A stretch of 64,000 nt of DNA from positions 10,244 to 74,243 of the forward strand of contig CAVGQN010000003.1 of NCBI GenBank assembly GCA_963631395.1, in the 5' to 3' direction. The stretch is from a bacterium. Its GTDB lineage: Bacteria > Bacteroidota > Bacteroidia > Bacteroidales > UBA3663. The translations under genes and the position numbers were made by a program. Of the stretch, positions 9,275 to 16,388 are shown piece by piece. Below the pieces are notes generated by a model, which was not told the DNA's origin, searched no databases, and saw nothing but the letters and a program-made list of their open reading frames with translations. Each line of letters opens with the position of its first letter. Within the stretch, counting starts at the first letter, position 1.

Positions 9275-9352
9275 GAAAGTTTAATTCGAAAGCTTAACTT
9301 GAAAGCTTAATACGAAAGTTTAAGTTGAAAATTAAAGTCGAAAGTTTAATAT
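9275..9352. repeat. six copies of a 13-nt unit GAAAGYTTAAnnn at exact 13-nt phase
   Basis: GAAA(G/A) starts at 9275, 9288, 9301, 9314, 9327 and 9340. The array begins 4 nt after the stop of the tri-domain gene. Confidence 0.9.
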
Positions 9353-9360
9353 GCGAATTT

Positions 9361-9397
9361 AGGGCTGACACTTCTCACGAAGAATCAGCCCTTTTTA
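9361..9397 (+). terminator. intrinsic terminator after the tri-domain acyl-ligase gene
   Basis: AGGGCTGA / TCAGCCCT 8-bp stem with an inner CTTC/GAAG extension, followed by TTTTT. Confidence 0.7.
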
Positions 9398-9483
9398 TAT
9401 AAAATAATATCGGTCAGTTTGTTTCCCGAATAACCCTTGAGTCTCAGTTGGGTTGAGCGACCTGGTTTCTCCAAAATACTTTT

Positions 9484-9670
9484 CCAAAAAAACCTTTCTC
9501 TATAAATCCTTTTCCAAAAAATCTTTTTCCAAAATCTGTCTCTAAAACCATTTCTACAATCCCATTTTCCAAAATCCTTTTTTCAAAAAACCTCTCCAAA
9601 AAATCTCTCCAAATTCCTTTTTCCAAAACACTTTTCATTCCCAAAAACTCTCCAAAACCTTTTCCAAAAA
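9484..9670. repeat. array of at least 12 same-orientation CCAAAA(A) tracts
   Basis: Tracts at 9484, 9514, 9529, 9542, 9569, 9584, 9596, 9609, 9623, 9641, 9652 and 9664, with spacings of mostly 11-15 nt or about double that. The array ends about 10 nt from the stop of the 9677..11977 gene. Confidence 0.85.
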
Positions 9671-9676
9671 CTTTCA

Positions 9677-11977
9677 CTATCTCACGAAGCGCACATCCTG
9701 AACATGGTTACCCACATACATAGGCACCATGTCTGAGGTCAGATACCAGCCCGGCTTCGAGGGCATGTTGTCGCAGATAAGCCGGCCGTTAATTTTCAGA
9801 CCTTCGAAAGTCACGTTCCTCACCTGACTTTCGTCACTGAAGCCGTTGATTATGGACAAGGCCGGAGCCTGAGCGCCATAGTAGCGGACGTTGCGGAAAG
9901 TCACGTTCTCCACCCCTCGTCCGGGGGCCGAGCAGTACTTTTGGTTGTGGCTCACCTTGACCTGCAGGATGCTGCCGCGGTCTATCTGTTCGATGCGGAT
10001 ATTATCGAACGTCACGTTACGGACCAGGTTGTTGTCGCCGCAATTGATGGCCAGGCAGCCCTGATAGTCCACTTGCGGTTCGCTTTGACAAAGGATGTCG
10101 ATATTCTCGTAGCGGAGATTCTCAATGGTGTCGCCACGCTGGCTGTTGCCGTGAATGCCGATAAAGATGGGGTGCGCCACATCGGCCCAAAGCGTGCTGC
10201 CCCGCATCGTGACGTTGCGGGTGTCGCCGCTGAAGCCCCCGCGGGTGGCGTAGGCCGTAGTGCAGTCGTCGCTATTGCGGCAGAAGACGCGGTCGAACGT
10301 CACGTTTTGCGAGGCAAAAACATTCATGCCGTCGCCCCACTGCGGATGCGAGATGCTGCGCACATCGTGGATGGTGACTCCGTCGCTCCCTCCCACGGGG
10401 CATTGGCACACGGTCATTCCGTCCACCACCACATTTCGGCTTCGGTAGACGAGGCAGCCGCCATAGCCCATGGCCGTGCGGGCAATGCCGCGGCCCAGGA
10501 TGCTTACGTTCTCCACGCCGTCGATCAGGAATGTGCCCGTAAAGTAGCTGCCTGGAGCGAGATAGACGGTCGTTTTGGAAGCCACGCGGATGGTGTCGGG
10601 CGTGTAGAGACCAGGGGCATAAGCCACAAACTTGCGCCGTTCGGCCTTGGCTTGTTTTTTGGCTTCTGCCAAAGAGATTGGAGGCCTGGACGTGAAGAGC
10701 AGCAGGTTGTCGGCGATGCTTCCGTCAAACTCCACGCTCACGTTTTCGGGCTGGAAGAGCATGAACTGCAGCGTCGAATCGTTGACGTGGTTGGCAATGA
10801 CGCCCTTGTAGTCGGGCCGCACGCGCGCCGCCGCATACTTTCGGCCCTTCGTCACCACGCGCACAAACACATCGCCCTCGAAGTCGAATACGGCATAAGA
10901 GATTTGCGAGCGGCGGTGGCCCGTCTTGTCGCCGTCGGCACAAGGGGCATTGACCGTAGCCGTGTAAGTGTCAATCTTCGTCCATTCCCGGCCGCCACGG
11001 GGCTGCACATAGACATCATAGTCGTGCTGGAGCGGAGCGCCTTCGGGGGCCGGATAGGCAAACACCCGGTGCAGTTGGGCGGGCTCCTTCACCTTCGGTT
11101 TCCTGCCGTCGAGCACCATTCGGGTGTAGGGCATGCTCAGACCCTTGCGCCCGACATAGTGGTCGTAGGGCAGTCGGTAGATGTCCCAAAGGCGGCCGCG
11201 CCCCATTTGTCCCGGTGCGGTCCAGTTGCCGTAGAGGCCCGTGCAGTCGGTCCATTGGGTGAAAGGCACGTCGTAGCCCAGATTATAGCGGGCCGTATAT
11301 TCGAAGCCCTTCATCAGCCGGTTGTCGAGAGCGCCCCAAAGGTCGTCGCCCCGTTGCCACGCCATCTCGGCCGTCTGCGCCAGCGCTTCCAGTCCCAGTT
11401 GGACGTGGTTCTGGTCGCGTCCCGTCTCCTGGCATTGGCCCGTCGCGCCGATGTAATGGGGCAAAGAGCCATTGTCGAAGGCGTGGAGGTAGTAATCGAC
11501 CGAAGCGCGGTAGAGTGCACTGTCGTCGAGAAAGATGGCGCAGGCCATGCGCATGCGGTTGACGATGGCGCCCCAGTTGCCGTTGGCGTAGGGCGATTCG
11601 GCCTCGAACTTGTCGAGAACGGGCAGCCACACACGGCGGACCATCCGCTCCCATTCGGCCGTCTTGTGGTCCTTGAGCAAAGTCATGGCGTGCACGAGGT
11701 CGAAGCCCTGGATGGTGCAGAGCGGGGCGTCGTGGCCGTCGATGGCGGTCAGCGTTCCGGCGTAGGCATTGACGATGCGCAGGGCGGCGTCGGTCTTGCC
11801 TGCCGTGGCGAGGTCAAGAGCCGCCTTCATGTCACGTTCGCTCCCTCCCTTGGTGTTGCGGTACTGTCCGTCGCGGGCTATCACGGTGTAAGGCCCTGCC
11901 ATCGTGTATTCGTCGTTTTGCGCGTTGGCAGAGGCGGTGCACAAGAGCAGAAGCGCCAGCAGATGGTGTTTCAGCAT
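9677..11977 (-). CDS. secreted alginate-lyase-fold polysaccharide lyase domain fused to a right-handed beta-helix (GH28-like) domain
   Basis: ATG 11977, signal MLKHHLLALLLLCTASANAQ. The N-half (ETGRDQNHVQLGLEALAQTAEMAWQRGDDLW) is paralogous to the N-half of 13337..16129. The C-half has repetitive NV(T/S)xxxV strands with GDGMN...NSDDC...IGIHG spacing, as in the pectin-lyase-fold hydrolases. Confidence 0.55.
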   Translation of the reverse strand: MLKHHLLALLLLCTASANAQNDEYTMAGPYTVIARDGQYRNTKGGSERDMKAALDLATAGKTDAALRIVNAYAGTLTAIDGHDAPLCTIQGFDLVHAMTLLKDHKTAEWERMVRRVWLPVLDKFEAESPYANGNWGAIVNRMRMACAIFLDDSALYRASVDYYLHAFDNGSLPHYIGATGQCQETGRDQNHVQLGLEALAQTAEMAWQRGDDLWGALDNRLMKGFEYTARYNLGYDVPFTQWTDCTGLYGNWTAPGQMGRGRLWDIYRLPYDHYVGRKGLSMPYTRMVLDGRKPKVKEPAQLHRVFAYPAPEGAPLQHDYDVYVQPRGGREWTKIDTYTATVNAPCADGDKTGHRRSQISYAVFDFEGDVFVRVVTKGRKYAAARVRPDYKGVIANHVNDSTLQFMLFQPENVSVEFDGSIADNLLLFTSRPPISLAEAKKQAKAERRKFVAYAPGLYTPDTIRVASKTTVYLAPGSYFTGTFLIDGVENVSILGRGIARTAMGYGGCLVYRSRNVVVDGMTVCQCPVGGSDGVTIHDVRSISHPQWGDGMNVFASQNVTFDRVFCRNSDDCTTAYATRGGFSGDTRNVTMRGSTLWADVAHPIFIGIHGNSQRGDTIENLRYENIDILCQSEPQVDYQGCLAINCGDNNLVRNVTFDNIRIEQIDRGSILQVKVSHNQKYCSAPGRGVENVTFRNVRYYGAQAPALSIINGFSDESQVRNVTFEGLKINGRLICDNMPSKPGWYLTSDMVPMYVGNHVQDVRFVR

Positions 11978-12000
11978 AATCCTTTCATGTAATTGGTTCT

Positions 12001-12090
12001 TGCAATCGGATTTTGCAATCGGATTTTGAAACTCATTCTTATCTTTCTTGCATTCTGTCAATATTCTCTGCAATCGGTTCTTGCAATCGG
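12001..12090. repeat. four TGCAATCGG boxes in two 13-nt-spaced pairs
   Basis: Exact TGCAATCGG at 12001, 12014, 12069 and 12082, between the lyase/beta-helix gene start (11977) and the GH43-like pseudogene end (12118). Confidence 0.85.
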
Positions 12091-12117
12091 GTTCTTACAA
12101 CTCATCCGGACTTTCAA

Positions 12118-13209
12118 TTATTTCCCGTTCCAATACTTGATCAGGCGCTTGAGTTCTTTCCTGGTCACCTGCACCACAGCTCCGTGCTTTTGTTCGGAGA
12201 AGTTGGTACGGACGAATGGTGACTTGCCATCGTCGAAGTAGCCCAATGGTGTGAAGTGTTCGAGGTCGGTGGTCTCGACAAAGTAGAAATTGTGTGGGTT
12301 GATGGAGTAGCGGTCTTGCATCAATATCCATTTCTGCTCGCCTAAGCGTTTCCACAACATGGGTGCCTCGTGACTTTGCGGCACTCCATCATCAAACGGA
12401 ATAAAGGCGTAAGGTCAGGTAAGAGAGTCGCTCACGGCATGGCGTGGATGACCGTGTTCCGTGCAGAACAAGTGGTACTTGCCGTCAAAACGCGTTATAT
12501 CGGAGTCGATAATATGCTTTGTGATATTGCCGTTGGCATCCTTCGGACCGGTAACGAGCACTTGTGGTTCGGAAGTCATGTGAGTGAAGTCGTCGCTCAT
12601 ATAGACATAGCGGATGTGGTTACGTCCGCGCTGGAAACGGGTTGTGAAGTGCATGAGTATGCGTCCACCGTCGGTGGCTATCATTTCCGGAGCCCAAACG
12701 CAACCAACTTCGCTCCAGGGCATCGGTTTGCCTTCGGTGTCCACCTCGCCCGTTGCGCAGATCAGCGACGAGAAGTCGAGGTTGGTGCGCTGCCAATGAA
12801 TGAGGTCCTTGGAGCGTAGCAGCACGAGTCCGCGGTTGTTGCCCCAATCGTACTTTTTGAAGTCGCGTTCCCATTCGGTGTCACGCAGTCCGTCGCGTTT
12901 GGCGAAGACGTGGAGGTCGGTCATGGCAGCACAGAACATGCCGTCGGGCGCACGGAAGATGTAGGGGTCGCGTATGCCTTTCTGCACGGCAATAGTGTCG
13001 CCTGCCATGATGGGCTTGTCATCATTGAATGCTGTCCACGAGTAGCCATCCCACGAGTAAGCCATGTGCAGGCCATGATCTGCGTCCTTGTGGTAAACCA
13101 TGACATAGCCGGCCATGTCTTTCTCTTTCGGTTGCTTTTTAGTCTTTGCCTGCACGGGTGTCATGATAACGAGGGCGGCAAGCATCGCCCAAAGGGTTGC
13201 TTTTTTCAT
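12118..13209 (-). pseudogene. GH43-like five-bladed beta-propeller glycoside hydrolase interrupted by one in-frame TGA (12415-12417)
   Basis: Track ORFs 12415..13278 and 12118..12384 are in the same frame. The read-through sequence is ...AVSDSLT*PYAFIPFDDGVPQSHEAPMLWKRL.... Motifs GIRDPYIFRAPDG, VWAPEM and HEAP. Signal MKKATLWAMLAALVIMTPVQA from ATG 13209. Confidence 0.7.
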
Positions 13210-13221
13210 AATATTATGTGT

Positions 13222-13272
13222 AAGTCTTGACAAGTTGAATAGGTCTTGATAACTCAAGTTGAATAAGTCTTG
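13222..13272. repeat. 24-nt direct repeat (GTCTTGAnnCAAGTTGAATA) x2.2
   Basis: CAAGTTGAATA at 13231 and 13255. GTCTTG(A) at 13224, 13243 and 13267. Confidence 0.8.
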
Positions 13273-13336
13273 TTTCACTCAAGCGTTTCTGTCGGGCGCA
13301 GATTTTTGCTGCGCCTTTCCCTTCCGGCGCGGGCAG

Positions 13337-16129
13337 TTACCTGACCTGTATTTTCTTTCCGCCCACGATGTAGAAACCGGGAGTGAGACTTGCTTCATCT
13401 ACGCGCTGGCCGTAAAAATTGTAGATTGCATCTGTGCCTTTGCCTTCGTTGTCGGCACACACGCTCCCGATGGCCGAAGGGTCACCCGTCATGCAGCTTG
13501 TAGGACGGCGGTCTGCAAGAGTCTTCACCTCGTCGGCGGTGAGGGCAGTGTTGTAGATGCGCAGATTGTCCATATAAGTGTTGGTCATGTAGGCATCGCC
13601 AGAGAACGGCGAACGTCCGAGCCAGTTGCTGGTCAATGCGTAGCCGAAGGCCGACGGTTTGGTCGAGATAGTGGCAGTACCTTTCTCCATGCCGTCCACG
13701 TAGATGGTGGCGGTTGTGCCCTTCTGCACCAACGTCACAGTGTGCCATTGGTTGACGGTGAGGGACGAAGCCGTCTTGCACTGCGAGGCCGTTCCGTCCT
13801 TGATTTCGTAGTACCAGTTGGTATTGCCGGCGGCATTGACGAGCGCCACATATTGCGTCGTGCCGTTGCTCAAGGCCCACGCCCAGCAGTACTTGGATAG
13901 TTGGTTTGGCGTAGTGACGCACAGGTCGAGCGAAATAGTGTAGTTGGCTTTCAGTTGGCTCATCACCTCTGTGCCCAGGGTTTCGCCCAGGTCGATGTAG
14001 CCCTGACTGCTGCCCGTATAGGCAGCCCAATTGCCGTCATCTAGATATCGGCGCTCGGCCGAACCGGCGAGAGTGGCGGGATAATAACCCATAGAGTCGG
14101 GCAATAGTCCGCTGCTGTCGGCCGGAGTCTCAAAGTCCTGGTAGTACAGCAGTCCCGTAGTGGGGCGGCTGTCGTCGCTCACCTTGAGGTTTATTTCCCG
14201 CACGCTTACGGCACCGCCCTGTCCCGTCACGGTAACGGTGAAAGTCGTGTCGCTCTGTATCAGTCCCGTAGTGACCGTGGCGGCCGTCGAGCCATTCCAC
14301 CACTGCCAGGAGCAGAAGTCCAGTCCGCCGATGGCGAGGGTCGCCCTACTTCCCTTAGGCACACTGGCCTTGGTGGTGCCCACGGGGGCATTGTTCACGG
14401 TGATGGTCGTGGTGAAGTTCTGGACGGGGTGGCTGTCGCCCAGCGAGGCGATGGAGAAAGCCTTTTGCGACTTGACGCCGCGGGCGTTGGTGTAAGTGAC
14501 GCGGTACACATAGCTGCGGCCGGTCTTGATGTCGATGGTGCGCGTCGTTTCGCCCGTGTTCCATTGCCAAAGGCCCGTGTCCTCCTCGCCGTCGGGCAGC
14601 ACGGGCGTCAGGGTCATGGTCTTGCCCGCCTTGGGTGCGGCCGTGGTGTTGTTGGTGGTGTATTTGTTGATGTGGCCGCCATACTCCGACATCTTGATTG
14701 TGCTCGTGCCCACCTGGATGTAGCCCGACAGTTCGGTCGGCACCTCGTCGGCGGGGCAAAGCTGGCGGTCGAGTGTGTGCATCAGCACGTTGAAGCCCAG
14801 CTGGTCGTAGCCTCCGCTGGTGCTTCCGCCTCCGCCTCCGTCAATGCCCATCTTCTCGAGCACCTGCTCCGAGTAGGGCATGGTCACGCCCTTGATGCCC
14901 TCATAGACATGGACGACCGTTTGCCAGCAGGGGCGTATCTGCACGCCGAGGCAGGGAGCCGTCATGGTCCAACAGCGGCTGTCTGTGTAGTAGATGCCGT
15001 TGGTGCCGTACATGTAGTTGGTCCATGGCAGGCCCTCCACGCTGAGCACCTGGGCGGCTGTGTATTCTATGCCGGCGGCCAGGCGGTGGTCCATATAGGA
15101 AAAGAGGTCGTCGCCCTGGTTCCAAAGCAGGTAGGCGATGTCGACGGCCAAAGCCATGGCCATGGCGGGGTGGCCGGTGTCGCGTCCGCTCTCGTTGGTC
15201 TGTCCGAGCTGGCCGTAGGCGCCCGTCTCGAGCGGGCTGTCGGCGGTCGTCACCACGAGGTTGCCCAAGTATTCGGTGAGGCCGTCGTTCCAGATGGCCG
15301 TCTGTCCGTCCAGGTCGCCGTGGCCCGTAATCTCGTGCAGCGTGCGGTTCTCCCGCCAGGTGCCGCACTGGTCGCGCTTGATGAACGAGAGGCCCTGGTT
15401 GTAGATGAAGACGTCGTCGCAAAGCACGCCGATGGAGAGCACGCACAAGGCATTGCAGAGGCCCCAGTTGCTCCAGTAGTGGCCCGGTGCCTGCCACCAC
15501 TTGCCGCTGTTCTCCCAGGTGCCGCTACGTGTGCGCAGAAACCATATCGATGTTTTGTACCACACGCCGAGCATCCACTGGCGGAACGCCTCGAAGTCGT
15601 CGCGCTCCCATCCCTCGTAGTCACGCATCAGTTCGGCGGCCTGAGCGAACTGGTAGCCGTAGAGGCCGGCGGCGAGCGAGAGGTTCGAGTCGCCCGTGAT
15701 GGTCTTGGTGGTCCGTGCCCAGGCGTTGAGGATGCGCACGGCGGTGTTGGCGCAGGCGTTGTTGTCTTCTATCTTCCAGCGCAGGGCGTTCTGATAGGCG
15801 GCGCAGGCGTCGCGGGCGGCCTGCATGTAGTTCTGGTCCGTACCGCCGCGCACCACGGTCTCCTGCGGGTTGCTGTTGTAGCTGGAGCTGGCGAAACTCG
15901 AGGTCTTGAGTTTCTGATAGGCCTGGGTCACGCGGGTGTTGCCAGCGGCTATCTGTGCCCTGACGCGGTCGAAGTCGGCCTGGCTGTGCAGGCCGCCGGG
16001 GTGCACAAAACCTCGGTCGGTGTCATAAGACGTAGCCTCGGCACCCGTATTTAAGGTGACGTCGCTCTGTCGGGCGAACATGGCCGCACTGCAGAAGGCG
16101 GCGCAGAGATAGATGAAAATCTTTTTCAT
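13337..16129 (-). CDS. alginate-lyase-fold polysaccharide lyase with Ig/CBM-like middle region, LamG (concanavalin-like) domain and T9SS C-terminal sorting domain
   Basis: ATG 16129, signal MKKIFIYLCAAFCSAAMFA. FVHPGGLHSQADFDRVRAQIAAGN and ESGRDTGHPAMAMALAVDIAYLLWNQGDDLF are lyase-fold motifs. WHTVTLVQKGTTATIYVDG...DNLRIYNTALTADEV fits LamG. The C-terminal AIYNFYGQRVDEASLTPGFYIVGGKKIQVR is a typical T9SS sorting domain. Confidence 0.6.
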   Translation of the reverse strand: MKKIFIYLCAAFCSAAMFARQSDVTLNTGAEATSYDTDRGFVHPGGLHSQADFDRVRAQIAAGNTRVTQAYQKLKTSSFASSSYNSNPQETVVRGGTDQNYMQAARDACAAYQNALRWKIEDNNACANTAVRILNAWARTTKTITGDSNLSLAAGLYGYQFAQAAELMRDYEGWERDDFEAFRQWMLGVWYKTSIWFLRTRSGTWENSGKWWQAPGHYWSNWGLCNALCVLSIGVLCDDVFIYNQGLSFIKRDQCGTWRENRTLHEITGHGDLDGQTAIWNDGLTEYLGNLVVTTADSPLETGAYGQLGQTNESGRDTGHPAMAMALAVDIAYLLWNQGDDLFSYMDHRLAAGIEYTAAQVLSVEGLPWTNYMYGTNGIYYTDSRCWTMTAPCLGVQIRPCWQTVVHVYEGIKGVTMPYSEQVLEKMGIDGGGGGSTSGGYDQLGFNVLMHTLDRQLCPADEVPTELSGYIQVGTSTIKMSEYGGHINKYTTNNTTAAPKAGKTMTLTPVLPDGEEDTGLWQWNTGETTRTIDIKTGRSYVYRVTYTNARGVKSQKAFSIASLGDSHPVQNFTTTITVNNAPVGTTKASVPKGSRATLAIGGLDFCSWQWWNGSTAATVTTGLIQSDTTFTVTVTGQGGAVSVREINLKVSDDSRPTTGLLYYQDFETPADSSGLLPDSMGYYPATLAGSAERRYLDDGNWAAYTGSSQGYIDLGETLGTEVMSQLKANYTISLDLCVTTPNQLSKYCWAWALSNGTTQYVALVNAAGNTNWYYEIKDGTASQCKTASSLTVNQWHTVTLVQKGTTATIYVDGMEKGTATISTKPSAFGYALTSNWLGRSPFSGDAYMTNTYMDNLRIYNTALTADEVKTLADRRPTSCMTGDPSAIGSVCADNEGKGTDAIYNFYGQRVDEASLTPGFYIVGGKKIQVR

Positions 16130-16328
16130 GAATATTATTGGTTTGCGTGGTTGATTGTTGCGGTATGCGCTGCAAAGGTCTGCATTACCGTCCGAAGCAT
16201 GCGCCCCGATACGTCCGAAAGTTTGTGTCCGAAACGTCTTTATGCAAAAACGGACGTTTGAAGCATACCGTTCGGGACGTTTGGAGCACATCCGCGCCGG
16301 ACAGATGCAAATATCTGCGGCCCGTTGT

Positions 16329-16358
16329 TTTGCAATCCGAAAAAAATGCCTACCTTTG
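16329..16358 (+). promoter_or_regulatory. Bacteroidota sigma-A-type promoter candidate for the sensor-regulator gene
   Basis: TTTG (16329-16332), N18, TACCTTTG (16351-16358), 30 nt before ATG 16389. The -33 box overlaps a TTTTGCAATCCGA copy of the TGCAATCGG motif. Confidence 0.4.
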
Positions 16359-16388
16359 CCGAGTCAAACCACTCGACATCGTAACATC

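Noticed and set aside
9275-9352. Possible CRISPR-like arrays: 13-nt x6 here, heptamer x9 at 62121-62183, 21-nt x4 at 59770-59853.
   Set aside because: The units are far shorter than CRISPR repeats and are contiguous with no unique spacers between them. No cas genes are in the window.
9444-9677. 77-aa ORF with FGKGF/FFGKGF repeats directly after the lyase/beta-helix gene.
   Set aside because: It is simply the translation of the CCAAAA/TTTTGG tract array. It starts with GTG, overlaps the upstream stop codon, and has no signal or TM and no coding-type composition.
12415-12417. In-frame TGA as programmed recoding (selenocysteine, or TGA=Gly/Trp genetic code).
   Set aside because: Other genes in the window terminate at TGA where the protein ends naturally, for example 6566-6568 and 62188-62190. 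No SECIS-like hairpin is evident just downstream. A Cys/Sec at this position has no rationale in a glycosidase. A nonsense mutation or sequencing error is more parsimonious.
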